The notes: generated by a model not told the origin, from the letters alone. Positions 46,731-57,401 are shown, numbered from the stretch's first letter. The stretch: 64,000 bases of DNA from Trueperaceae bacterium (GCA_965213925.1 OZ243927.1:1024001-1088000), one strand, 5' to 3'. A program made the numbers and translations.

Positions 46731-48767
46731 TTAGCTGCTCGAGCCCTCCGCACTAGGACGCGGGTCGATGGGTTGCTTTGTACGCTCTTCGTTGCGGCGC
46801 TTCTGGCGCTCAGCGGCTTCGGCTTGCTCGGCGGCGCGCCTCGAGGCTTCCTCAATCGTGCGTTCGGCGGCCTCCGCTTCGCCGACGATCATCGCGGTGA
46901 TGTCCTCCGCGGACGCGCCCTCTTGCGCTAGCTCGTGCGCTTTAGCGACCAGGGCACCGTCCACCGTTTCACGCTCAAGTAGCGCCTCTGCAACGCCCTG
47001 CACGGCGACCCAGTTCTCTTCGATGACCTCTTCGGTCGTTTCGTAGGCGGTGCTCAAAATCTCGTTGACCTGCCCCTCCAGCTCGCGGGCAGTCTCCTCG
47101 CTGAAGTCTTTGCGGCGGCTGATTTCGCCTCCTAGAAAGACCGGACCCTGATCCGAGCCCCAGGCGACGAACTCTCTGCCGCCCATGCCGAGGTCGAAGA
47201 CCATCTGCTTCGCCATGCCCGTCGCTTGCTTGAGGTCGTTCGAGGCACCCGACGAAATCGTGCCGGTCAGCTTCTTCTCCGAGACGCGCCCGCCGAAGGC
47301 GACCACGAGCTGCTGGTGAAAGCGCTCGCGCGAGAAGAACATCTCTTCTTTGGACAAGGGAGCCATGAAGCCGCCCGCGCCGCCGCGCGGCATAATCGTG
47401 ACCTTACGGATATGCCCGAGGTCGGGCTGCGTGACGAACGCCACCGCGTGACCCGCTTCGTGGAAGGCGAGGATTTTACGCTCGTCTTCACTGGGAACTA
47501 AAGAGCCGCGCCGCAGTCCCAAGACGATGCGGTCGAGTGCCTCGTTGAAGTCCGCCCAGGAGATAATCTGCTTGCCCGTCCTAGCGGCAATCAGCGCCGC
47601 CTCGTTCGTGAGGTTCTCCAGGTCAGCGCCTGAAAACATCGGCGTTGCGCCCGCTAAGCGCTCTAAGTTGACGTCCTCGGCGATCGGCTTGTTGCGCACG
47701 TGAACCCGCAAGACCTGCTCGCGTTCGCGCTGGGTCGGCAGTCCAATTGTCACCTGACGGTCGAAGCGCCCAGGACGTAAGAGCGCCGGGTCCAAGATGT
47801 CGGGGCGGTTCGTCGCTGCAATGATGATGACCGAGGTATCCTTCTCGAAGCCGTCCATCTCGGAGAGGATTTGGTTCAGCGTCTGCTCGCGCTCGTCGTG
47901 ACCGCCGCCGATGCCCGCACCGCGCCTGCGCCCGATCGAGTCAAGCTCGTCGATAAAGATGATTGCAGGGCTCGCTTTGCGCGCCTCTTCGAAGAGGTTG
48001 CGCACGCGGCTCGCGCCGACGCCCACGAACATCTCCATAAATTCAGACGCGGATACAGTTAAGAAGGGCACGCCCGCCTCGCCCGCAACCGCGCGCGCTA
48101 GGAGCGTTTTACCCGTTCCTGGCGGACCGACTAAGAGCATCCCTTTAGGGATTTCCGCGCCGATGCGCAAATACTTCTGCGGCGACTGCAAGAAGTCCAC
48201 GGTTTCTTTAAGCTCTTGCTTCGCTTCTTCGTGCCCGGCGACGTCGTCAAAGGTCGTCTTGACCTTGTTCTCGCGCCCATACGTCTTGGCTTTGGACTGC
48301 CCGAACTGCATCACCTGGCTCGGTCCGCCCTGCGCCCGCATGAAGATGAACCAGAAGAAGGCGATGAGGATGATGATGGGCAGGAGCGCGAACGCGATGC
48401 CCGCCCAGGGTGACGGGTTGCGCCCGTCGAAGCTGACGTTTTGCTCGCGCAAGAGGTTGATAAGCTCAGGGTCGCCAGCGGGGGGCGGCGTGGTCTCGAA
48501 GCGCAAGATGCTTCTGACGTTCTCGCCCTGCCCGACTTGCGTCTCGGACTTGAGTTCGCCGCGGATGTTGCCGTCCTCGATGACGGCGGACTGAACCTTG
48601 CCCTCTTGGACCAGGTTGACAAAGGTCGAGTAGCCGATTTCGCTGCCCGAGGGGGTGGCGTTAAACTGGTTAAAGACGAAAATGCCTAAGATGATGAGCA
48701 TCACCAGCAGCCAGGGGTTAAATGATCGTTTCAACGGTGCCTCCAGGCGGCGCGGACGCCGCGTCAT
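46731..48767 (-). CDS. ftsH: ATP-dependent zinc metalloprotease FtsH (copy 2)
   Basis: Two TMs, [33 protein letters not shown]. Confidence 0.96.
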   Translation of the reverse strand: MTRRPRRLEAPLKRSFNPWLLVMLIILGIFVFNQFNATPSGSEIGYSTFVNLVQEGKVQSAVIEDGNIRGELKSETQVGQGENVRSILRFETTPPPAGDPELINLLREQNVSFDGRNPSPWAGIAFALLPIIILIAFFWFIFMRAQGGPSQVMQFGQSKAKTYGRENKVKTTFDDVAGHEEAKQELKETVDFLQSPQKYLRIGAEIPKGMLLVGPPGTGKTLLARAVAGEAGVPFLTVSASEFMEMFVGVGASRVRNLFEEARKASPAIIFIDELDSIGRRRGAGIGGGHDEREQTLNQILSEMDGFEKDTSVIIIAATNRPDILDPALLRPGRFDRQVTIGLPTQREREQVLRVHVRNKPIAEDVNLERLAGATPMFSGADLENLTNEAALIAARTGKQIISWADFNEALDRIVLGLRRGSLVPSEDERKILAFHEAGHAVAFVTQPDLGHIRKVTIMPRGGAGGFMAPLSKEEMFFSRERFHQQLVVAFGGRVSEKKLTGTISSGASNDLKQATGMAKQMVFDLGMGGREFVAWGSDQGPVFLGGEISRRKDFSEETARELEGQVNEILSTAYETTEEVIEENWVAVQGVAEALLERETVDGALVAKAHELAQEGASAEDITAMIVGEAEAAERTIEEASRRAAEQAEAAERQKRRNEERTKQPIDPRPSAEGSSS

Positions 48768-49075
48768 CTACCGTAAAGCCAACTCGCACTCACTGCCTTG
48801 AAAGCGGGTTGTGGTAGGGGTAATGTCCCATTATGGTAGCACTTCCCCTCTTACGCTGGCTGTAAGCTATCGGACGAAATGGCGCGGAAAATCTACTGGC
48901 GAGTTAGATAGCTCACACGGCTCTTTGAGAGAATATCTACGCTGGTCGCCCGCCTTGCTCATACCCCGGTCGCCCTTTTGACGGAACAGCGCTCGAGTCG
49001 GAGGAAGAAAGCGTCAACCGTTGAGCCAGGTCCTCTCGCTTTAGCTTTTGCCACGCGAACCGCTGCTCAACCGTG

Positions 49076-49981
49076 TCAGTCTAGGCGCTCTAACCTAAGC
49101 CCGTAAACGTCCGCGAAGAACACCTGCGCGCCGTCCGCGTCGGGGGTGGGCGAAAGGACGACGGTCCGACCGCCGAAGGTGAATTCGGCGATGTCGCGGC
49201 CGTCCAGCTCGATTAAAAAGAGTTCGAAGCCCGCTTCGCTCTCTCCCGCCGTGGGTGTGCCGCGCGTAATGGCGAAGGTTTCGCTCAGACCCCTCGAGTC
49301 GTAGCGCCACTCACCTAAAAACGCGACCCCATCTCGGGGCGGCGTCACCTCCGAGGCGACCTCAGTGCTGTCAACGACCTCGCCTCCTAGTACGACCTCG
49401 ACGCGGGCTCGTTCGTCCGCCTTAGTGTGGAGGCAAACCACGCTCTCTTCGCCCTCTTCTTCCAGGTACCTCGTATCCTCGTCGGCGCAGCGCACCCGAA
49501 ACTGCGCGCCCGCGCCGTAGCCCTCCAACTGAACCGTATAGCGCACCGCCCAAGGCGCGGGACCGCCGGGAGTCTGAGTCACGCTGAACGTTCCCTCGCC
49601 CGGTTCGCTCGGGTCTTCGGGTGTCGTGTCCGCCTGCGTGACGCTCACGCTTACGCTGTCGGACACGGAGCCGAAATTCGTGTCCGCCATTGCCGTTACA
49701 ACGTAGACGCCTGGCGCGTCGAATATGTAAGTGAGGGCGGGCGTCGTTTCGGCTTGCGCCGCCCCTGCTACCGTCCAGGCATAGTCGCGTGCATTAGCTG
49801 TAGCACCGCCCACGGTAACTGCGGTGGTGAAAGTGACCTCGAGGGGCGCTGCCCCCTCCGTCACCGACGCGCTCAAGGCGAGTTCGGCGGCGCGGTTCTG
49901 CGTGGGCTCGCCGAGCGTGCAAGCCGTAAGTAGCGCCAAGAGCAAGCTGTAGCACACGGTTAGTCTATAAGGTCGTTTCAT
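49076..49981 (-). CDS. Lipoprotein with a PKD-like domain
   Basis: LLTAC lipobox; G.APL.VTF...Y.W...F..PGVY.V. Confidence 0.78.
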   Translation of the reverse strand: MKRPYRLTVCYSLLLALLTACTLGEPTQNRAAELALSASVTEGAAPLEVTFTTAVTVGGATANARDYAWTVAGAAQAETTPALTYIFDAPGVYVVTAMADTNFGSVSDSVSVSVTQADTTPEDPSEPGEGTFSVTQTPGGPAPWAVRYTVQLEGYGAGAQFRVRCADEDTRYLEEEGEESVVCLHTKADERARVEVVLGGEVVDSTEVASEVTPPRDGVAFLGEWRYDSRGLSETFAITRGTPTAGESEAGFELFLIELDGRDIAEFTFGGRTVVLSPTPDADGAQVFFADVYGLRLERLD

Positions 49982-50034
49982 TTGCTGCCTTCCTGTGTGG
50001 ACCTAATACAGCGTTAAGTAAAGAATTAAGTCGT

Positions 50035-50179
50035 GTCATTCTGAGCGGAGCAACGCGGAGTCGAAGAATTTCTGACCTTGCCAACTCCTCTGGCAGAGAA
50101 TGAAAGTTACAAAGTTTTAGCGCAGCTAAACGAGACCCTTCGACAACCGGACTTCGTCTTACTGCGTGAACAGGGTGAC
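50035..50179. repeat. REP/MITE-like intergenic element, copy 1
   Basis: GTCATTCTGAGCGGAGCAACGCGGAG..AAGAATTTC..ACGAGACCCTTCG..GGGTGAC; 26 bp identical to the copy at 54713. Confidence 0.75.
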
Positions 50180-50295
50180 AGCAGTGTCGTATTCCTTGCT
50201 TGACGATGGACTTAATAGTAGCTGTAAACATATTGCGTCACCAAAATAATGAAGTCAGTACTAGGGTTATATGTTGCCACCAAAGATGAGACAGC

Positions 50296-50330
50296 AAAAA
50301 ACGAAGCGGGGTCTGATGTTCAGACCCCGC
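50296..50330 (-). terminator. Terminator after the ferritin-like gene
   Basis: GCGGGGTCTGA/TCAGACCCCGC stem followed by a T-rich tail on the minus strand. Confidence 0.8.
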
Positions 50331-50337
50331 AAGATGC

Positions 50338-51405
50338 TTAAAGGTTGTTCGGGAAGTCGGGGTCGAGCAAAACGGCGAAGACGTCAGCTAGTGCTGCCGG
50401 CACGCTGATGCCCTGCGGGAAGAAGCTCGCGTCCGAGACAGCGGCGTCCGGGCTCAGGTAGACGATCTTGGCGACCTGGAGCGGGGTGCGGCTGAAGACG
50501 ATGGCGTTGCTGTCGGTCGGCGTGATATTGGCGGTGAGCCCTTTGGGGCCGTTGGCGACGCCTTGGTCGAGGTCGGACATACCGTCTAAGGAATCGCGTG
50601 CGTCCGAGATGGCCTGCGTGACCTTCCAAATGTCTACGCCGCCATAGCGGAATTCGCGGCGCTCGTCGGAGCTGTAGAGGAAGTTGCGCACTTCGCCCGC
50701 GTGGTACGCCTCGACTGCGAGGATGCCCGCGGCGGCTTCCAAGTAGTCCTTATTAGTGATGAAGCGCGCCGCACCCTTGTACGCCGTCACGCCGACGTCC
50801 TCGAAGATGAACGCGCCATGTAAGAAGAAGGTGTCGTTGGCGAACGGGTTGAAGCTGTTCGGGTCGAAGCCGAGCCCGCCGTCGGCGAGACCGTCAGCGG
50901 CAGTAGCGGCAGCGACGAACGAGCTGCTCAAGTTGACGACGGGCAACTCGGCAACGGGCGCACCGATGCTGTCCAGGACTGTCCGCAAGTAGACAACGTG
51001 GCTCAGTTCGTCCTCGGCGATTTCGTTCGCGAAATCGCCGACGAGCTTGGTCACTTTGGTGACGGTCTGCGTCGAAAGTTCTTCGGGCGCGTAGAGGGAG
51101 GTGCTGGGGTCGGTGCCGTCGTAGCCGTCCGGCAAGATGACCTTGTCGGGGCTGTAACCGGGCAGTTCGCTCAAGCGTCCCACGGCGGCGAGGTAATACG
51201 CTGCCTCGAGATACTCCAAATTCAGCGCGAAGTTGAGAATTGCAGCGTCGACGGCGGTCCCGTCTGCCTGCTGCACCTCCTGGTCGGCTTGACCCACCAC
51301 GCTCGTGCCGCACGCGGTCAGCACTGCGCCCGCGCCCATCATGCCCAAGTTGCCGAGCAAGCGGCGGCGGTCTGTTTTGGCGTTTAGTAACTTCTTGACG
51401 TCCAT
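50338..51405 (-). CDS. Ferritin-like desiccation-related protein (PCC13-62-like), Tat lipoprotein
   Basis: RRR Tat motif and LTAC lipobox; ILNFALNLEYLEA, EIA.DE..HV, FEDVGVTAY.GAA, ILAVEAYHAG; AAGGAGG RBS before ATG 51405. Confidence 0.9.
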   Translation of the reverse strand: MDVKKLLNAKTDRRRLLGNLGMMGAGAVLTACGTSVVGQADQEVQQADGTAVDAAILNFALNLEYLEAAYYLAAVGRLSELPGYSPDKVILPDGYDGTDPSTSLYAPEELSTQTVTKVTKLVGDFANEIAEDELSHVVYLRTVLDSIGAPVAELPVVNLSSSFVAAATAADGLADGGLGFDPNSFNPFANDTFFLHGAFIFEDVGVTAYKGAARFITNKDYLEAAAGILAVEAYHAGEVRNFLYSSDERREFRYGGVDIWKVTQAISDARDSLDGMSDLDQGVANGPKGLTANITPTDSNAIVFSRTPLQVAKIVYLSPDAAVSDASFFPQGISVPAALADVFAVLLDPDFPNNL

Positions 51406-51637
51406 AGATCCTCCTTGGAATCCAACAAGTCCCCAAGTGAAGCGGCCCACCTCAGGGTGTAAGTGATGAAGTTGTGGGCTTTCATACGTAGTGTAACGCA
51501 CTTCATCAAGCTTTGGATGCACATTTGAGGGGTTGATACACATTTAAGGGTTTAATGAAGATCTGAAGGTGTCGCGCACGCGCGCTCGAGCACAAACAAG
51601 ACGACCCGCGCACTATCTGGCTCTTTAGAGCGTACAA

Positions 51638-52864
51638 TTGGACGCGATGACAGAGGCGCTTCACAAAATGGTAAAAAGCGAGACAATAAAAAGTAAGGTA
51701 GGCAGCCAGCGCATCGCGACCTTCGGCGAGACGGTCTTCGCCAAGTACACGCGGCTCGCCCAAAAACACGGCGCGGTCAACTTGGGTCAGGGTTTCCCCG
51801 ACTTTGACCCGCCCGACTTCGCGCTCGAAGCGCTCCGGGCGAGCGCGGCGGGGTATCAGCAGTATCCGCCTCTGCCGGGAATGCCCGTGCTCGCTGAGGC
51901 GGTTGCTAAAAAGATGAGCACGCGGCTGGGCCGAGAGGTCGTCCCCGTCCAGAACGTGCAGATTACTGTCGGCGCGACCGAGGCGCTCTACGCCGCCATG
52001 CAAGCGCTCGTCGACCCCGGCGACGAAGTGGTCTTGCTCGAGCCCTTCTACGACGCCTACCCCGCCGACGTGCTCATGGCGGGCGGCGTGCCCAAGTACG
52101 TGCCGCTCCACCCGCAAGCGGACGGGAGGTGGCTGCTCGACCTGGACGAACTCGGACGCGCGTTTTCCTCCCGCACGAAGGTGGTCTTGCTCAATACGCC
52201 GCACAACCCGACGGGCAAAGTCTTTAGCGAAGGCGAACTCGACGCCATCATCAAGCTCGCGCATGAGCACGACGCGGTGATCCTCAGCGACGAGGTCTAC
52301 GAGCACATCACCTTTGCGCCGCACGTATCTATTGCCAGCAGGCCGGGCGGCTGGGCGCGCACGCTCAGCGTGTCGTCCATCGGCAAGACCTTTTCGGTCA
52401 CGGGCTGGAAGGTCGGCTGGGCGACGGGACCGGAGCCGCTTGTGTGCGCACTGCGCACCGCACACCAGTGGATACCCTTTACCGTGGCGACGCCCCTGCA
52501 GGTCGCCTCGGCGGAGATTTTGCGGCGGGCGGACGAGGGGTTCTATGCGGGGCTCGAGGCGCTCTACCGCAGCAAGCGCGACCTGCTCGTGGACGCGCTC
52601 CGAGAGACGCTCTTCCGACCTCTCGTCCCCGAAGGCGGCTACTTCGTCATGGCGAACAGCGCCGCGCTGCCTTACGAGGACGACGTCGCGCTCTGCGAAA
52701 ACTTGCCCAAAGACGCAGGCGTCGGCGCGATTCCGCCGAGCGCGTTCTACTCAGAAGCGCACAAACATCTGACGAAAAATCTGGTGCGCTTCGCGTTTTG
52801 TAAGTCGGACGAGGCGATTGTGGAGGCGGGGCGGCGGCTACAGAACGTTCAAGTCGGCGCATGA
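51638..52864 (+). CDS. PLP-dependent class I/II aminotransferase (YbdL/methionine aminotransferase-like)
   Basis: NLGQGFPD, NTPHNPTGK, SDEVYE, S.GKTFSVTGWKVGW, RFAFCK. The true start may be ATG 51647. Confidence 0.92.
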   Translation: MDAMTEALHKMVKSETIKSKVGSQRIATFGETVFAKYTRLAQKHGAVNLGQGFPDFDPPDFALEALRASAAGYQQYPPLPGMPVLAEAVAKKMSTRLGREVVPVQNVQITVGATEALYAAMQALVDPGDEVVLLEPFYDAYPADVLMAGGVPKYVPLHPQADGRWLLDLDELGRAFSSRTKVVLLNTPHNPTGKVFSEGELDAIIKLAHEHDAVILSDEVYEHITFAPHVSIASRPGGWARTLSVSSIGKTFSVTGWKVGWATGPEPLVCALRTAHQWIPFTVATPLQVASAEILRRADEGFYAGLEALYRSKRDLLVDALRETLFRPLVPEGGYFVMANSAALPYEDDVALCENLPKDAGVGAIPPSAFYSEAHKHLTKNLVRFAFCKSDEAIVEAGRRLQNVQVGA

Positions 52865-53592
52865 CGGACGCCGATATCACGTTCGTCGTAGGGCTCACAG
52901 GCGTGGGGAAGAGCACGACCCTAAAGGCACTAGGGCGCTCCGACCTGACGCGCTTGCCCAACCGCCGCGACCTCGCCGACACCATCATCATCCCCGAGAT
53001 GCAGCGCCGAGCGGGTGAACGTGAAGGTCCCGTGACGGACAGGCTCGAGCGCTTCGAACTCACCAAGCGCTACCGGCAGAAACACCCCGGCGGCGTGGTG
53101 CACGCGCTGCAAACCTATCTGGAAGAGACCTCTTTACGTCCACCTTTCCTCTTCGACAACGTGCGCGGCTCCGCCGAGGTGAGGAGCGCGGTTCAGACCT
53201 TTGCACGCTCACGCTTTATCTTCTTGGACGCGCCGAACATGGTCCGGTTGAGGCGGCTCATCGGGCGCGCTGACGCCTTCGACCAGGTGTCCGGCGGGAT
53301 TGCGGCGACGCGGCCCCAAAACACCTCGTTCGCCGAAAAACTCCTCGCGGTCCGCGGCGTCGAACACGTGTTTGACCTCTACGAGGTAGGGCGCTTGGAG
53401 GCGAACGCGGGCGTGGACGACGGAGCCCTGTTAGACGCGGTGCGCATCATCGTGGCGGAACAGCAGAACTACGACGCGGGCGCGGCGCTGGACGACTTGC
53501 GCACCTCTGTAGACGACTCGAGGCTGCTCTACCTGGACACGAGCACGCTGTCCGTGGGCGAGGTCGCGGCGCGAATCGAGGCGTGGCTGTGA
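52861..53592 (+). CDS. P-loop NTPase/kinase of unknown function
   Basis: VVGLTGVGKST; overlaps both neighbours. Confidence 0.8.
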   Translation: MTDADITFVVGLTGVGKSTTLKALGRSDLTRLPNRRDLADTIIIPEMQRRAGEREGPVTDRLERFELTKRYRQKHPGGVVHALQTYLEETSLRPPFLFDNVRGSAEVRSAVQTFARSRFIFLDAPNMVRLRRLIGRADAFDQVSGGIAATRPQNTSFAEKLLAVRGVEHVFDLYEVGRLEANAGVDDGALLDAVRIIVAEQQNYDAGAALDDLRTSVDDSRLLYLDTSTLSVGEVAARIEAWL

Positions 53593-54665
53593 GGATAACC
53601 GGCGTCAGCACGAAGCCTTTCAGCCTCCCGATGAAGGGGGCGCTGAGTTGGGGCCAAGGGAGCGAGCTTAGAAGGCTCGAGCACGTCCTCGTCAACGTCC
53701 ATGCGAGTGGTGGGGCGAACGATGTGACAGGCACAGCCGAAGCGCCGGTCCGCCCGACGATCTACGGGGAGACGGTGGCGAGCGTGCGGGAGATCGTGGC
53801 GTGGTTGGAGTCTCGCCTCACCGGACTCTCTCTGGACGACGAAGCGGGGCTTTGGGACGCGCTGCACTCGGTTGCGAACAACCACACGGCGCGGGGCGCG
53901 CTCGACATAGCGGTTCACGACGCGCGGGCGAAGGCGAGCGGTCAAACACTGTTCGAGGCGTGGCGCGGCTCGAGCGAAACCGTCCGCGTCAGCTTCATCT
54001 TAGGCATCGCCGATATTGACGTGATGCTAGAGGAGGCGCGGCGGGTTTTCGAGCAGGGCGTGAGCGTCTTCAAGGTTAAGGTTGGGCGCGACAAGCGGTC
54101 GGACGAGCGGATCATTCGGGCTCTACGAGATGAGTTCGTAGGCGAAGAGGTCATCCTCTACGCGGATGCGAACGAAGGGCTGTCACCGGATACAGCGGCG
54201 CGGGATTTGGAGAGGTTGGCAGCACTAGGTGTCGCCTACGTCGAGGAGCCGCTACCCGTCGAATTAGTGGAAGAGCGAGCGAGCTTGCGCGCCACGCAGA
54301 TTCTCCCGATGATCGCCGACGACTCGTGCTTCACATTGCGTGATTTGCATAGGGAGTTGGCGCTAGACACCTTCGACATTTTGAATATTAAACCTGCCCG
54401 GACGGGCTTCAGCGAATCTGCCAAGATGCTGGCGCTCGCCAGAGACGCGGGCAAAAGCGTGATGGTCGGCTCGCAGGCGAGCAGCGGGCTAGGGACGCGG
54501 CACTGCGCGCTCTTCGCGAGCAGCGTGGGTGTCAACTATCCGAGCGAGCTGAGTTTTCCCTTGAAGCTCCAAGAGGACGTGGTGGGGGAGAGGCTCGAGT
54601 TTCGCGGGGGGCGACTCGAGGTCGGCAGCTTGAAAAACTTCACCCTCCGCGCTGAATACCGCTAA
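53583..54665 (+). CDS. Enolase superfamily (MLE/dipeptide epimerase-like) protein
   Basis: KVK, DANE, EEP, DDS, NIK motifs. Confidence 0.88.
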   Translation: MAVRITGVSTKPFSLPMKGALSWGQGSELRRLEHVLVNVHASGGANDVTGTAEAPVRPTIYGETVASVREIVAWLESRLTGLSLDDEAGLWDALHSVANNHTARGALDIAVHDARAKASGQTLFEAWRGSSETVRVSFILGIADIDVMLEEARRVFEQGVSVFKVKVGRDKRSDERIIRALRDEFVGEEVILYADANEGLSPDTAARDLERLAALGVAYVEEPLPVELVEERASLRATQILPMIADDSCFTLRDLHRELALDTFDILNIKPARTGFSESAKMLALARDAGKSVMVGSQASSGLGTRHCALFASSVGVNYPSELSFPLKLQEDVVGERLEFRGGRLEVGSLKNFTLRAEYR

Positions 54666-54712
54666 ACCTCTACTCATCTACCTCAGTATGCTGTCAGCCA
54701 AAAACGAAGTAG

Positions 54713-54832
54713 GTCATTCTGAGCGGAGCAACGCGGAGCCTCCTTTTGGGAATGAACGATAAAGAATTTCGTCCCTCACTCTCGGCTAGCTGAGAGTGAA
54801 AGACGAGACCCCTCGGCGTAGCTCGGGGTGAC
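54713..54832. repeat. REP/MITE-like intergenic element, copy 2
   Basis: Same GTCATTCTGAGCGGAGCAACGCGGAG start, AAGAATTTC, ACGAGACCCCTCG and GGGTGAC end; lies between convergent genes. Confidence 0.75.
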
Positions 54833-54841
54833 GAGTCAGGG

Positions 54842-56116
54842 TTACGACGTACGTCTCATCACCTGTTTTTCCGCTCGCTTCCAGTACGAACTGAAGGAGC
54901 GCAAGGAGGCGTCGACCCTGGCGAACGGCTCGTCTTCGGTGACGGACACGGGGAGGTCGCCGTTCAACCGCTCGAGCGTCCGCCACGTGCCGGGGTGCCA
55001 CGAGCCGGGTGCGGCGAGACTCTCGCGACCTCTTTCCTGGGCGTACGCTCGCACCTCTTCGGCGTCTCCGAACATAAGCTCGACCTCTCGCCCTGCACGG
55101 CGCAACGTCTTCACCACGTCCGCTGCCAAACACACCGCGAAGTGAAGCCGCATGAAGCTCGGCTGTTCGTCTTTGAACCGCGCCGTGTCCAGATAGACCA
55201 AGACGGGCGCGTCCGGTACCTCTTCTAAAACCCTCGCCTCGTCCGACAACCTCTCCGCGTGCAGGAGCACGAGCGGCTTCTCGCCCGCGGGTCTAAGCAG
55301 GTCGGGATGAGGGGCGACAGTTTGCGGCTGCTCCTTAGGACGCTTCTCGTAGCCGCCTTTGCCGTACCCGCTAAAAAACCGCTCGTCCAGTTCCTCGTAA
55401 GAGGCGTTGAAGGGCGCGTCGTCGCACGGTTCATGATTGTACTTGCGCATGTTCTCGCTGTTAAAGTAGTAGGGTTTGGACGAGAACGTGGACGCCACCC
55501 ACTGCCACGAGAGCGCGTTGGGTCCGGGCTCGCCGTCGACGAGGTAGCGGTAGAAAAGCTGCTCGCCGTGCCACCACTCGACGTTCGCGAAGTGCGTGAC
55601 GAACGCCGCGAACCACAAGCGCTGATGGTTGTGCAAGTAGCCCGTGTCTCTGAGTTCGTGGACGATGCGGTCGATGCAGGAAAGCCCGGTTTGACCTCTT
55701 TCGATGTCGGCGGGCATCTCGACCTTTTTCTGGGTGGGGTATTTGTAGGGCTCGAGCGACGTATACACCCTGTCCCCTAACGCTAAAAAGCCCTCCCGGA
55801 AGTACGCCTTCCAGCCGAGTTCCGAGACGAACTTCCCATAGTCCTTGCCCTGCGTGCCTCCCCCCAGCTTCCTGCGGGCATATCGCTGCACCTCGGCGAG
55901 CGTGAAGACGCCCCAGGTGATGTACGGGTTGAGGCGGCTCACGTTGCCGTCCACGTCGTTGCGCGTCCTCGCGTAGCCTCTCGGGTTGAAGCTCGTTAGC
56001 TGCTCTTTTGCGGCCGCTAAGGTCGGGGTGAAAGCGCTCGAGACCCTGACCTCGCCGCTGTAGAAACCTTCGAGCGTCTCCTCGAGCTTGCTTTGTTCGC
56101 CAACATTCAAAATCAT
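54842..56116 (-). CDS. Photolyase-family FAD-binding protein with inverted domain order
   Basis: Y..TRN, VSRLNPYITWG, ELGWK.YF, TG..CID, TGYLHNHQRLWFA, L.DG...N.LSWQWVAS in the N-terminal half; alpha/beta domain at the C-terminus. Confidence 0.85.
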   Translation of the reverse strand: MILNVGEQSKLEETLEGFYSGEVRVSSAFTPTLAAAKEQLTSFNPRGYARTRNDVDGNVSRLNPYITWGVFTLAEVQRYARRKLGGGTQGKDYGKFVSELGWKAYFREGFLALGDRVYTSLEPYKYPTQKKVEMPADIERGQTGLSCIDRIVHELRDTGYLHNHQRLWFAAFVTHFANVEWWHGEQLFYRYLVDGEPGPNALSWQWVASTFSSKPYYFNSENMRKYNHEPCDDAPFNASYEELDERFFSGYGKGGYEKRPKEQPQTVAPHPDLLRPAGEKPLVLLHAERLSDEARVLEEVPDAPVLVYLDTARFKDEQPSFMRLHFAVCLAADVVKTLRRAGREVELMFGDAEEVRAYAQERGRESLAAPGSWHPGTWRTLERLNGDLPVSVTEDEPFARVDASLRSFSSYWKRAEKQVMRRTS

Positions 56117-56318
56117 GAATCAAAGTATCAGTGTGAAACGGTCTTGACAGCGAGGATGCGCGCAATGGATTGGGTGACCCAACAGGTTCGGTAATGGGGA
56201 ATGCGCTCCTCGTGTTCCAAATGCGCGCAGCAACCCCGTACACAGCGCGGCGATATGAAAAAATGAGGCTTCGTAACGCTATAGCATAACCGCGTCCCGC
56301 CAGACAAAAGGAGCTTTC

Positions 56319-57401
56319 ATGAAACCTCTTAACCTCCACGAGTACGAAGCGGCAGCTAAAGAAAACCTCTCGCAGATGGCGTTCGACTACTATGTGGGCG
56401 GCTCCGACGACGAGGTGACCCTGCGTGACAACGTCCGCGCGTTCGAGCGCTACCGGCTCAAAAACCGCGTGCTGCGCGACATCAGCGGACGCGACCTCAG
56501 CACGACAGTGTTGGGACAGCAGATTTCGATGCCCGTACTCGTCGCGCCGACCGCGTTTCACCGCATGGCGCACCCCGAGGGTGAGGTTGCGGTGGCGAGA
56601 GCGGCGGGAGAGGTGGGCACGGCGATGATGCTGAGCACGCTCTCGACCTCTTCAATCGAAGAGGTCGCGGACGCCGCGACGGGTCCCATGTGGTTTCAGC
56701 TCTACGTCTATAAAGACCGCGAGGAGACCAAGAACCTCGTGCGCCGCGCGGAGGCGGCGGGCTACAAAGCCATCGTGCTGACCGTAGACGGGCAGGTCTG
56801 GGGCGTGCGCGAACGCGACGTGAAGAACAACTTTCAACTTCCCGACGGGCTGCGCATCAAGAACGTGGTCGGCGCGGACGACTTTCCAGAGACTGAGGGG
56901 TCGGGGCTCGCCGCTTACGTGATGTCGCTCTTCGACCAGACGCTCTCCTGGGAGGATTTGGAGTGGCTCGTAGGCATTACGGACTTGCCGGTGCTCGTCA
57001 AAGGGATTTTGAACCCGGAGGACGCCGTACTCGCCGTCGAGCACGGCGCGGCGGGCGTCGTCGTCTCGAATCATGGCGGCAGACAGCTCGACACCGCGCC
57101 CGCGTCCGTAGATGTGCTCGCCGAAATTGCCGAGAAGGTGGACGGGCGTGTGGACATTATCATGGACGGCGGCGTGCGGCGCGGCACGGACGTACTTAAA
57201 GCGCTCGCTCTGGGCGCGAAAGCCGTGGCGGTCGGACGCCCTATCTTGTGGGGACTCGCGACGGACGGTCAGGCGGGCGTCACGCGCGTGCTGAACATGC
57301 TCAAAGACGAAATCGACCTCTCGCTGGCGCTCTGCGGCGCGACGTCGCCCGGTGAAATCGACAGGTCGCTGATTATGGACGTGCAGCCGTTTCAGCCTTG
57401 A
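56319..57401 (+). CDS. FMN-dependent alpha-hydroxy acid oxidase/dehydrogenase
   Basis: WFQLY, LTVD, VKG, SNHGGRQLD, DGGVRRGTD, GRP. Confidence 0.95.
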   Translation: MKPLNLHEYEAAAKENLSQMAFDYYVGGSDDEVTLRDNVRAFERYRLKNRVLRDISGRDLSTTVLGQQISMPVLVAPTAFHRMAHPEGEVAVARAAGEVGTAMMLSTLSTSSIEEVADAATGPMWFQLYVYKDREETKNLVRRAEAAGYKAIVLTVDGQVWGVRERDVKNNFQLPDGLRIKNVVGADDFPETEGSGLAAYVMSLFDQTLSWEDLEWLVGITDLPVLVKGILNPEDAVLAVEHGAAGVVVSNHGGRQLDTAPASVDVLAEIAEKVDGRVDIIMDGGVRRGTDVLKALALGAKAVAVGRPILWGLATDGQAGVTRVLNMLKDEIDLSLALCGATSPGEIDRSLIMDVQPFQP

